From contig CAWKDB010000010.1 in NCBI GenBank assembly GCA_963848295.1, positions 1 to 64,000 of the forward strand: 64,000 nt of DNA, in the 5' to 3' direction. Origin of the DNA: an uncultured delta proteobacterium (GTDB lineage Bacteria; Myxococcota_A; Polyangia; Haliangiales; Haliangiaceae). Position 1 is the stretch's first letter, and the number at the start of each line of letters is the position of its first letter. The notes below the pieces were generated by a model. It did no database searches and had not been told where the DNA came from. It worked only from the letters and a program-made list of their open reading frames with translations. Below are positions 51,245 to 60,162 of the stretch, piece after piece. Made by a program: the position numbers and the translations under genes.

Positions 51245-51424
51245 CTACCGGAATTCAGGAAGGGCGGCGTGCGGGCTCGACACGTGGAAGCGGACGGAAC
51301 CATCGGCGTTCACGACATCGACGCCGCCAGCCTTCTTCGCCGCAGCGATCACCGCGCGGCGATCACGATGAAACTGCTCGATCGTCATCGTGCGGCGCTT
51401 CTTCGCTGTGGGCTTCTTCGCCAT
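51245..51424 (-). CDS. 59-aa protein, Phd/YefM-antitoxin-like
   Basis: TMTIEQFHRDRRAVIAAAKKAGGVDVVNADGSVRFHV follows the beta-alpha-alpha-beta-beta Phd pattern; ends 3 bp before the next gene. Confidence 0.45.
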   Translation of the reverse strand: MAKKPTAKKRRTMTIEQFHRDRRAVIAAAKKAGGVDVVNADGSVRFHVSSPHAALPEFR

Positions 51425-51473
51425 CGGACCTAGTCTACCTCGTCGTCGATCTCGGAGAAAGCGCGGGGATCGA

Positions 51474-51707
51474 TCATGCGACCTGCCCGTGTGTGTTCGC
51501 GCGGAGAAACTCGTCGACGTCGGCGACGCGGTACCGGACCATGCGACCGAGCTTGATGAAGCGTGGCCCGCGCCCGGCGTAGCGCCAGCTCTGTAGCGTT
51601 GACCGGGAGACCCCGAGCTTCGCAGCCAGCGCCGGCTCATCGATGAGCGGGCTCGCGCCACCGGCGATCCCCAAGGTCGGCGACTCGTTCTCGTTCGACG
51701 CGGACAT
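51474..51707 (-). CDS. Excisionase-like / AlpA-type HTH protein
   Basis: GGAG RBS; LAAKLGVSRSTLQSWRYAGRGPRFIKLGRMVRYRVADVDEF. Confidence 0.85.
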   Translation of the reverse strand: MSASNENESPTLGIAGGASPLIDEPALAAKLGVSRSTLQSWRYAGRGPRFIKLGRMVRYRVADVDEFLRANTHGQVA

Positions 51708-51838
51708 GATCGACTCCTTGGACCAGTCTGCACGAAGGGTCTGATCGCGAGCCGGCTCCTGCCATCGCCCATGCCGCGGTACATGTCGCCACCCTGCCGC
51801 GCCGGCATGTCAGACCCGCCAGCTAACCTGCTTTCATC

Positions 51839-52638
51839 ATGTCGCGGGACTTGCCCATCCAATTCCCTTCGAAACCAGAATCAGTACTTACACCCCCGAA
51901 ACCCGCGTCGCCGGCGCAGAAATCACGACATCTATCGGCACTGCCCGGCGGCGATCGCCTCACCCGCGGTCAGGTTGCGGAGCGTCTCGGTGTCAGTATC
52001 TCCACCGTGCGCCGGTACGAGGGCTCGCAGCTGCACCCCACGGTCGATGAGAACGACGTGCGGTGGTTCGCGCAAGCCGAGGTCACCGCCCTCGCGGCCC
52101 GGATCGCAAACGAGCGCAGCGACAAGCCCTCGCGCGCCGTCGGCTCGACCGCAAGCGCGCCGAAACGATCGGCGGGCGAGCTCGCCGCGCTCGTGTTCGA
52201 GCGATTCGAGCAGCGCCAGTCGCTCGCCGAGATCGTGATCGGCCTGCGGCTCGAGCCATCGACCGTGCACGGTCTCTTCGACCAGTGTGCGTTGGCTTGA
52301 CGGAGCAGCACCTGCTCACCGCCTCCGAACCGCGCGTGGCCCGCGAACGCGACATCCCGCGAGCAAGCGCCGCGGAACTCGCGCGCCTTCTGGATGAGCT
52401 TCCGCGCGATGCAGCTACGAGGATCAGCGTCGGTCGTTATCGCGGCACGTACGTGTCCGACAACGTCGACTTTGCCGACATCGTCGAGCTTGGAGGATTC
52501 CACGCCAGCGGCGGGTGCACGCTGAAGGACCTCACGCGGCGATTCGGCCGTGGCGACTTCCGTGTCAGCGCCTACGGCTTCGTGCCGCCCGCGCTGCGCT
52601 GGGAGGTCCTGGTGAAAGACCTCGTGGCAGTCGTGTGA
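51839..52638 (+). CDS. MerR-like HTH protein, ~266 aa (frameshift near 52287)
   Basis: LTRGQVAERLGVSISTVRRYE; second helical motif GELAALVFERF..LAEIV; continues in the frame of ORF 52063..52638. Confidence 0.6.
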
Positions 52639-52744
52639 ACCCGCGAAAATCTGGGCCGGGCCGATCACTTCGAAGCCTTCGCGCGGCGTGACGCCTTCGG
52701 CTTGTTGAACTCGGCGGGTAGGCCGAGCGCGGCGAGTATGGCAC

Positions 52745-53385
52745 GCGCGATCGAGGATCGCGAGCACGTCGGCCCTGGTCGGCACCGGGTGCATCACGAA
52801 CGCGAGGCCGCCGCCATCGGCGGCGACGAACACGCCGTCGGGCACGACCAGGTGAAAGTGCACGTTCAGGTTGACCAACCCGCCGAAGCGCTGCACGAAC
52901 GTGATCGCGCCCGTCTTCGGCGCGCGGATCCCACGCGCTCGTGCAACGCGCCGCTGCCACGCGCCGACCGCCTTGACCGCGAGCCCGCCGACCCAGCTCG
53001 CCCACGCCGGCTCGCGGGCCAGCCGTAGCCGGAGCGCTTTGGGCACGGTGAACACCCACTGTCGATACGGCGCGCGCGGCAGCACGTGATCGACGAGGTG
53101 CGCCGCGGTGTCCGCCATGCGGCGCGCCGTGCACGACGGACAGATCCCGCGCCGCTTGCACGAGAACGCCACGACCAGCTCGTCGGCGCACGCCTGGGAG
53201 CGCACGCGCGCGAACCCGTGCGCGAGGATCCCGCACCGCAGATACTCGGCGAGCTCGCGCTCCACGTAGCGCGGCAGCCCGGTACGCCCGGTGTCGTCGT
53301 CGCGTAGCTCGGCGAACATCGTCTGCGCGTGACCCGCGATCAGCTCGTGCAGCACGGTGCGCTCCGGCGTCCGTCGCCGGTACGC
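52745..53385 (-). pseudogene. IS91/ISCR-family transposase, N-terminal half only
   Basis: YRRRTPERTVL, CGILAHGFAR, SCKRRGICPSC, RQWVFT and HUH motif NVHFH; similarity ends before the catalytic Tyr. Confidence 0.85.
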
Positions 53386-53398
53386 GCCGAGCGGTTAG

Positions 53399-54550
53399 GA
53401 ACGGCTGGTCGCATTCGCGTGTAAAACGCGAGGATTCTGTCCTTCGTGCACGAGTCGCAGGATGGCTGGAGCCGCGGCGCATTTGATCGACCGAGTTCTC
53501 CCGCCGGTACCCTATCGGCAGTGGGTCCTGTCGTTGCCGCGTCACGTGCGGTTTCTCCTCGCTCGCGATGAAGCCTTATTCGGTGAGGTCCTCGGTGTGT
53601 TCTTGCACAAGGTGTTCGCCTGGCAGCGTCGACGCGCGCGCGCCCATGGCATCGCCGACCCTCGCTGCGGCGCCGTTTCGTTCTTGCAGCGGTTCGGCTC
53701 CTTGTTGAACTTGAACTGCCATATCCATGCGCTGCTGCCCGATGGGGTATTCGCGACCGGCCCTGACGGTGCCGTAGCATTCCACGCCGTGCCACCGCCG
53801 TGGGACGACGACGTCGTCCGGTTGCTCGGCCAAATCGGCCGCGCGATTCACCGTCTCATCGAACGGCGCCTCGCCGACCACGGCGACGATCCGCCGGCGG
53901 ACCTGCGTGCCGCCGAGCAAGCGGAGGCAATCGCCCGTGTCCCAGCGTTCGGCAATGCATCACGCCCGACGGCCGGTCGCCGCTCCGCGTTCTGCGACGG
54001 CTATTCGCTCCACGCGGAGCGGCTGGTCGACGCCGACAATCGCGACGGCCTTGAGCGGCTGTGTCGCTACGGCGCGCGTTCGCCGGTCGCGAACTCGCGG
54101 CTCGCGCGCGATGGCCGTGGTCGCGTCGTGATGTCGCTCAAACGCCCGCTGCACGACGGCCGCACCGAACTCGCGTTCGAACCCGTGGAGTTCTTGCGCC
54201 GGCTCGCGACGCTGATCCCGCCACCGCGCACCCACCTCACTCGCTTTCACGGCGTATTCGCACCTCACCACGCGTTTCGCGCGGCCGTGATTCCCGCGGC
54301 CCCCGAGGTCACCGCGCCCAGGCGATGCCGGCGGTTTGACTGGGCGGCGTTGATGAAGCGCGTGTTTGCCGTCGACGAACTCGAGTGCGACGGCTGCGGC
54401 GGCCCGATGCGTATCCTTGCGGTCCTTTCCGAGGGCGACGCCACACGCGCCATTCTCGAACACCTCGGCCTGCCCACGCAGACTCTACGCCCCCAGGCGC
54501 ATGCACCACCCGCGTGCTTCGACGACCCGATGAACGAGTTCGACGCTTGA
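53399..54550 (+). pseudogene. IS91/ISCR-family transposase lacking its N-terminus
   Basis: Frame opens after TAG at ERLVAFACKTRGFCPSC; NCHIH (HUH), LERLCRYGAR, HLTRFHGVFAP and C-terminal CDGCGG. Confidence 0.85.
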
Positions 54551-54711
54551 TCCGCGACCCTTGTCGTCGGAATCGCGGGGTGCGGCTGGCTTCGACCTGG
54601 ACCGGCCTTCTGTGATGTAGCTGGCATCAGATACGCGCCGAGCCGCGCTGCTCTGGGCCTACTCGAGGGCTCGACCTCCCCGCTTCTTCCCGGGGAGCCC
54701 TCACAATTGCT

Positions 54712-54729
54712 GCTTTATTTTACTTATCC
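54712..54729 (+). other. oriIS-like end 1
   Basis: GCTTTATTTTACTTATCC downstream of the transposase, preceded by the IR GAGGGCTC/GAGCCCTC; resembles IS91/ISCR ori ends (G.TTT....TTCCTAT.C). Confidence 0.55.
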
Positions 54730-54889
54730 GCAACGCGGTAGACTCGAACCGATGGTGCGTCGTGACGACGACGGAAGCCCCGCCCTGCCACCCCGCCAGT
54801 TTGTTAGGTAGCTTATAATCGACTGGCGCTTAACCAGGTGACTCCCAACGATGTGCTTGCGGCTCACGATTGCCGTTTCCCAAATACCC

Positions 54890-54907
54890 GCTTTGTTTTA
54901 CCTATGC
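54890..54907 (+). other. oriIS-like end 2
   Basis: GCTTTGTTTTACCTATGC, 15/18 identical to copy 1; supplies the stop codon of the neighbouring ORF. Confidence 0.6.
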
Positions 54908-55162
54908 GCATCGGGCCAGCAGGTTCTGTTTGGGATCCGCGCCACTTGGCGGCGCCGGCTGTTCGCTTAGGCGGAGCATGTCGAGTATCGAGTGAGTTCC
55001 GTCTTCAGCTTGCGCTTCGAGCAACTCCTCAATCGAGTTAAAGGACGCACCTTCATGCGAGTAGAAATCACGACGGGTGAAGACGTCGCGTTGCAGTCTC
55101 GAGAACGCCGCTGAAATACCGGTCTCGTATGGCACAAAATACGACCAACCTGAGGCACCCAT
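54902..55162 (-). pseudogene. Hypothetical protein probably truncated by the oriIS end
   Basis: MGASGWSYFVPY..GTHSILD reads like a conserved hypothetical N-terminus; the stop codon lies inside the oriIS-like motif. Confidence 0.5.
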
Positions 55163-55270
55163 GCCGGATTTGTAGCACGTTGGAATCGGTCGTGATCATG
55201 CGCCCTTCAGAAAATGCGAATCTGCTACGCTTTGCGAGTGGCGAGTTCCCGCGACGCTCGAGCGGTGCTC

Positions 55271-57582
55271 CAGACTTCGGGACGCTGATCTCATTGGAGT
55301 TGGGTTTCGAAGCGTAGGGGAAGGCGCTTGTGATCACTCGGCAGGATCAGGCCGCGCTGGGTAAGATGACCGAGCAGATGATGAATCGCGTCGAGCTCGG
55401 ATCGATTGGCTGCGGGCGCGAGGCGGACGATGATGGCGTGTTCGGTGATTGCCACCTTTGCCGGCGCGGCGAACAGGTTCGCGACGAGCTTCTTCGCCTC
55501 TCGGGGCCGGCTCATGTGCGGTGCGGCGATCGCGGCCAGCTCGGACTCGGCGTTGGCGCAGACGACGCGGATGACGTCGATGACAGTCTTGAGCTTGCCC
55601 GTGTGGCGGACGAGCTTGCCGGCGAGCTCGGTCTCTTCGACGGCGGCGTGCTTCGGAAACAGCGGGCGGAGCGCCTCGAGCTGCCGCTGCCATTCGAGCG
55701 ACTCTGCGAGCTCGCGTTCGACACGCTCGCGTCGCTTGTCGTCCGCGGCCAGCCGCGCCAGCTCGCGGCGTGCGTCGCCCTCGGCGGTGCGCCAGACCCG
55801 CAGCGCGCGCTCGAGCTTTCGACGTGCCGGGTTCGGGATGATCGTCCCGGGTGGATACGGTTCGACGCGCCGGCCGTCGAGCTGGTTGATGCCCCAGCGC
55901 TCGACCCCGTGCTTGAAGCCGTTCTCCTGGCGCCAGCGGAGCCACAGGATCTCGACGAGCCGCTCCGCGGGCAGCTTCGAGGCGGCGAGCAAGCTCACCT
56001 GTCGACCATCTTCGGTGCAGACCATGATGCGACGAAGGCGCCCGCGACCCTCGCCGAGATTTCGCAATCGGCTCTCGTGCAGCCCGACCTGTTCGCCCGC
56101 GATCGTCGCCGCTGTAAACGCCGTCGCCGGCAGCTCGGCGTAGGGCTTTCGCTCGTACGTGACGAAGTCGAAGTGGGCCTCGCGCAGCGCCGCGAGTTGC
56201 GCGGCAAACGCACCACCGCGATCGAAGGCGAGCAGGATCGTCTCGTCGGGGCCGAGCGCTTTGCGCAGGCGCTGGCCCAGGGGCAGCAGCCACTCGGTCA
56301 GGTGATCGTGCGACGGCACCGGCACGCGAAACATCGGCCGGCCGTCCTCGTCGTGGACGTAGTAGTCGGTCGTCCCGGGCAGCACGCGCTTGGCCTGCAT
56401 CCGCCAGCCCTTTCGCACGACATGCTTGCCCGTATACGGCCGTAGATGGTTGTCGACGTAGAAGATCGCCGGGGCGCCGTCGCTCGCTGCGGTTGCGATC
56501 AGCCGCTCGGCCATCCGTGCCTCCAGCGCGGCGCCGGCGTCGGTCTGTGCGAGCAATCGACCGAGGATCTTGCGGACCCCGCTGGCCGTGGGCACGCGCT
56601 CGGCGCGCAGCAGCGTCGCGCCGGTCGGTGTCGCGAGTCGGCGCACACCCTCGACGACGAATTGCTTGAGCGCGAGCGCACAGATCACCGCGTCGAGCGC
56701 GATCCGCAGCCCATCGGGATGCCGGCCCTCGAACGCGCGCTGCGCCTCTTCGTGCAGCCCCATCTCGCCGGCAAGCGCGAGCAAGATCCAGCAGCCGGCG
56801 TGCTGCACGAGCTTTCCGCCGCGGACCGGCTGCGCCGTCATCGGCACCTGATCCTTGTCGTCGAATTCGTCGGCCGTGACCGGATCGTCGCCGAGGTCGA
56901 CATCGCGATCCGGTCCGGCGATCAGCAGTGCGAGCTGCCCGGCGATCGCGGTCGGCGCGGCCTGCCGTGCCGCCTCGACAGGGCTCCCGGCGGCGCGCTC
57001 ACGACGCCAGTCGTCCCAAACGCGCCACACCGTCGAATACACGAGGCGCTGTTTGCGCGGCTGTTCGCGGTGCGCGTCGATCGGCATTCGCCCCGCGTCG
57101 AACATCGCGTACCAAACAGTTCGCAACTCCCGCGTTACCTTCGTAACTCCTCCGCGTCGCGGTCCCAGCACCGCAGCAAACCCCGCGGCTTCTTCCTTCC
57201 GCCGCAGGCGCCGCAAATGTTCGTCCGTGATCCCGAATGCTGTTGCCAGTCGCCCGAGGTGGAACTGATCGGTTTTCGCGAGCGTCACTGCCAGTACGTT
57301 GCGAGGGCCGCGGTCATCGTCGTCCAGATCGAACCCGCCGATCAGCGTCCCGCCGATGTACACGCTCGCGATCGTGTCCCGGACGATCACCACCCCGTCC
57401 GACGAGAAACGCCGGATTTCGTGGGCGGGCTTTGGCGACGGCTCAGGCAAGGCGAGGTCGAGAGCTTCCATCGTTGCCAAGACAACCGCCAGCGATCCGA
57501 AATTCCCACAATCCATCGATCTAATCGAATTCTCGTAAACCCGCGTCATTCGATCAGTTCACGAAATGCGGCCCGAACTCTG
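55271..57582 (-). mobile_element. 2.3-kb DDE insertion sequence
   Basis: Terminal IRs CAGACTTCGGGACGC / GCGGCCCGAACTCTG (13/15); flanks GTGCTC / GTGATC could be a 6-bp TSD with one mismatch. Confidence 0.75.
55291..57471 (-). CDS. Large DDE transposase (Transposase_29 / ISNCY-like)
   Basis: YVDNH, FDRGG and RWRQENGFK catalytic motifs; N-terminal HTH. Confidence 0.85.
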   Translation of the reverse strand: MEALDLALPEPSPKPAHEIRRFSSDGVVIVRDTIASVYIGGTLIGGFDLDDDDRGPRNVLAVTLAKTDQFHLGRLATAFGITDEHLRRLRRKEEAAGFAAVLGPRRGGVTKVTRELRTVWYAMFDAGRMPIDAHREQPRKQRLVYSTVWRVWDDWRRERAAGSPVEAARQAAPTAIAGQLALLIAGPDRDVDLGDDPVTADEFDDKDQVPMTAQPVRGGKLVQHAGCWILLALAGEMGLHEEAQRAFEGRHPDGLRIALDAVICALALKQFVVEGVRRLATPTGATLLRAERVPTASGVRKILGRLLAQTDAGAALEARMAERLIATAASDGAPAIFYVDNHLRPYTGKHVVRKGWRMQAKRVLPGTTDYYVHDEDGRPMFRVPVPSHDHLTEWLLPLGQRLRKALGPDETILLAFDRGGAFAAQLAALREAHFDFVTYERKPYAELPATAFTAATIAGEQVGLHESRLRNLGEGRGRLRRIMVCTEDGRQVSLLAASKLPAERLVEILWLRWRQENGFKHGVERWGINQLDGRRVEPYPPGTIIPNPARRKLERALRVWRTAEGDARRELARLAADDKRRERVERELAESLEWQRQLEALRPLFPKHAAVEETELAGKLVRHTGKLKTVIDVIRVVCANAESELAAIAAPHMSRPREAKKLVANLFAAPAKVAITEHAIIVRLAPAANRSELDAIHHLLGHLTQRGLILPSDHKRLPLRFETQLQ

Positions 57583-57814
57583 GTGATCGCCTTGCTCGCG
57601 ATCGCGCCGGACTGACCGGATTCCACGCACTCAACCTGCGCTTCTTCCGGGAGACCGACATCCCGCGATCGATCGTCGCCTATGTGCGCGACGAGCCCGG
57701 GGCCTTCGTCAGCGATTGATCATGAGCCGTGCGACAGCGCGTCTCGCGCTGCGATCCAGCCGGCGGCCTTGATCTCAATCTCGGCAAGCTCCGCCCGGGT
57801 CGCAGTCCGCGACC

Positions 57815-58377
57815 ATGCCGCCTTCGAGCTGTCTAACCCCTCATCACCAACCATCCGCCGCTCGCGCACGATGCCCAGGGCTCAGGGTCGCGGTCCCGAA
57901 CGGGACCACGCACTGGCGCATCCAGCGTTTCACCGGCGGCGCCCGAGGACCCTGCCGGGCCGCTTCGAGCTCGACCTCATGCCCGAGCAGTTGCTCGAGA
58001 TGTGCGGATCTGGCCAGTACCGCATCGAAGCGCTCGACGAGTACGGCAAGCCGCTCGCGGAGGTCGCGAAGATCGTCGTCGGAATCCCGAACGACGGGTC
58101 GACCGCTAAGACCGCCGCGAATCAGAACATGCGCACGATCGCGTCGCCGACCGACTCGCGCTTGATGCTCGAGACGATCGCGCAGATGTCGCGCGCGCAT
58201 TCGGAGTCGCTGCAGTCGCTCGCAAACGCGCAGGCGGATTGGATCAAGACGCTCGCGACGGCGAAGCAGCTCCCGCGCAACGTGAATGCGGCCGTGACAG
58301 CGCTTGAGACAAGGGTCCATGAGCTCGCCGGGCGGACACTGCGGCGCGTCCGAGGGAGAGCCCGAAGCGCCCGGTGA
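57815..58377 (+). pseudogene. Hypothetical protein with multiple frameshifts
   Basis: Segments PLAHDAQG, RVAVPNGTTHWRIQRF and RPRTL..GQYRIEALDEYGK lie in three successive frames. Confidence 0.4.
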
Positions 58378-58657
58378 CGCGGTGGCAGCGCTATCCGCTC
58401 GTGGTAATACTCGCGCCAGAACGCGACGAACACCACCTGCTGCTCGTCGAGCGAGCGCCGCCTTCGTCGCTTCCGCCTTCAGCCTGCGGCGGGGTGACCG
58501 AGCGCGATCCGCTCGGGTGCGATACCGAGCTTCACCCACCACTCCGAGCGCCTCCACCTCGCTCGGACCCGCTTGGTCCTGCGCTCATCGGGGGCGGCCG
58601 AAACGCGCTGCGCTTCGCTGCGATGATTGTTCGGGCCAACGCCACCAGGTTACAACC

Positions 58658-58678
58658 GGTGGGCAAACGGTGGGCAAA
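58658..58678 (+). repeat. Tandem GGTGGGCAAA x2, putative integrase arm-type site
   Basis: Same doublet and orientation as 49110-49130; about 25 bp from the tRNA 3' end. Confidence 0.75.
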
Positions 58679-58703
58679 TCCCGCTTCCGATCGTCTAACT
58701 ACG

Positions 58704-58775
58704 TGGAGGTTAAGGGGATCGAACCCTTGGCCCTCGGCTTGCAAAGCCGATGCTCTCCCGCTGAGCTAAACCCCC
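58704..58775 (-). tRNA. tRNA-Ala(UGC)
   Basis: Full cloverleaf GGGGGTT TA GCTC AGCGGGA GAGC A TCGGC TTTGCAA GCCGA GGGCC AAGGG TTCGATC CCCTT AACCTCC A; G3:U70 and A73; CCA not encoded. Confidence 0.96.
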
Positions 58776-58785
58776 GTCGGCTGAC

Positions 58786-58815
58786 ACCTTGCCCGCAGCG
58801 CGGGCGGTTCGTCAA
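58786..58815 (-). promoter_or_regulatory. Possible tRNA promoter
   Basis: TTGACG, 18 nt, CAAGGT on the minus strand just upstream of the tRNA. Confidence 0.35.
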
Positions 58816-58816
58816 G

Positions 58817-59722
58817 TCACTCGGACTTCGGCTCGGTCCCGGGCAGGGCTTCGTCGAGGACGATGTCGACGAGGTCCTCTTGCGGGCGCTCGAGCGGGCG
58901 CACCGGTTCCTTCTTCGGAAACAGCGGCGGCGGGTACATCGCGCGCGCGGTCGGCGACGCCTGGCCCCAGATCAAGAACATGACGCTCCAGATCGTCGGC
59001 ATGCCGAAGCAGATCTCGGGGTAGTGCATCGCGAAGCCGCAGGTGTAGCCGAGCGCGAGCAGCGCGAGCAGCAGAGCGCTGACCAGCTTGTTCTTGGTCA
59101 TGCCGACTTTTGGCATCGGGAGGCGAGAGGCCATCAGATAGCCGCCGACCACGAGCGCGATCGGGAAGTACTTCCACACGCCGAGCGGGGTGTGGAGGTT
59201 GTCGCCGAACAGCTTCGCGCCGCCGAACGACGGCGTCGTGGTGACGTCGTACTTGAGGAACAGCAGCATCCAGATCGCGATCAACCCGCCGGTCAGCGTC
59301 GTCGGGAAGCCGAAGAACATCTTGGTGGCGACCTGATCGTCGGTCAGCACGTTGTAGCGAGCGAGCCGGAACACCGCGCACAGCATGTACGCACCGCACG
59401 CCATGAACAGCAGCGTGTGGCCGGTGCCCTGTTGGAACGGCAGATCGGGGCGCGATGACAGATACGACAGGACGAGGAACGCCGGCGCGACGCCGAAGTT
59501 CAAGAAGTCGGCGAACGAGTCGAGCTGCATGCCGATCTCGCTCGTCGCCTTGAGCGCGCGCGCGACCAGGCCGTCGACGCGATCGGTGAGCACGGCATAG
59601 ATGATCATCCACGCGGACAGCGGGGCGTCGCCGCGCGACGCCGCCCACAACGACACGAGGCCGAAGATCATCGACGACAGCGTGATCAGGTTCGGTGCGA
59701 GGTAGCGCAGGACGCGGGTCAC
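58817..59722 (-). CDS. pssA: CDP-alcohol phosphatidyltransferase (PssA-like)
   Basis: PNLIT, DRVDGLVAR..GMQLDSFAD..FGVAPA, RLARYN and FFGFP. Confidence 0.85.
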   Translation of the reverse strand: MTRVLRYLAPNLITLSSMIFGLVSLWAASRGDAPLSAWMIIYAVLTDRVDGLVARALKATSEIGMQLDSFADFLNFGVAPAFLVLSYLSSRPDLPFQQGTGHTLLFMACGAYMLCAVFRLARYNVLTDDQVATKMFFGFPTTLTGGLIAIWMLLFLKYDVTTTPSFGGAKLFGDNLHTPLGVWKYFPIALVVGGYLMASRLPMPKVGMTKNKLVSALLLALLALGYTCGFAMHYPEICFGMPTIWSVMFLIWGQASPTARAMYPPPLFPKKEPVRPLERPQEDLVDIVLDEALPGTEPKSE

Positions 59723-60126
59723 GGTGACTTTCGCTTGTGCGCGTGATCCATCAGCTTCGCGTACAACCGCGGGCCGAGGCTGTCGCTCATCATGGCTTCG
59801 ACGGCGCGTGCGATTTCGGCCTGCGCGTCGCCTTGGCGGTAGACGAAGCGGATCGCCATGCCAGGCTCTTCATCCGTGCCGACATCGATGATGCGCTGGA
59901 CCTCGCCGTGGATGGTCAGCGGCTCGTCGCGGCCCGGCACGAACAGCTTGAACAAGAACTCGGTGCCGATCGGTAACGGTCGGCTTGTCTTGATGAACGT
60001 TCCGCCGCGCGAGATGTTCTTGGTGTAGTCGGCGAAGAACGTGTTGAGCCGCTTGTATTCGACCTTGAGCTCGATCGGTTGCCGGTCGTCGGCGCGCCGT
60101 TCGGGCGGAGAGTCGTCGTCGGGCAC
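59719..60126 (-). CDS. PilZ domain protein (TIGR02266-type)
   Basis: RxxxR (RRADDR), NISRGGTFI and PGMAIRF. Confidence 0.9.
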   Translation of the reverse strand: MPDDDSPPERRADDRQPIELKVEYKRLNTFFADYTKNISRGGTFIKTSRPLPIGTEFLFKLFVPGRDEPLTIHGEVQRIIDVGTDEEPGMAIRFVYRQGDAQAEIARAVEAMMSDSLGPRLYAKLMDHAHKRKSP

Positions 60127-60162
60127 GGCACACTCTACCAGGACCGCGGGTCACCGGCGGTC

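Larger units (their letters stand above)
48956..58746. mobile_element. Integrative element / genomic island in tRNA-Ala(UGC)
   Basis: Flanking tRNA direct repeats, adjacent tyrosine integrase, excisionase-like HTH and matching arm repeats at both ends. Confidence 0.9.

Noticed and set aside
3631..52287. Programmed ribosomal frameshifting
   Set aside because: No slippery heptamers, mixed directions and unrelated genes.
48956..58746. Intact prophage or ICE
   Set aside because: No recognisable structural, terminase, relaxase or T4SS genes.
58374..58769. ORFs overlapping the tRNA and att arm
   Set aside because: They run through the tRNA and arm repeats and have no protein motifs.
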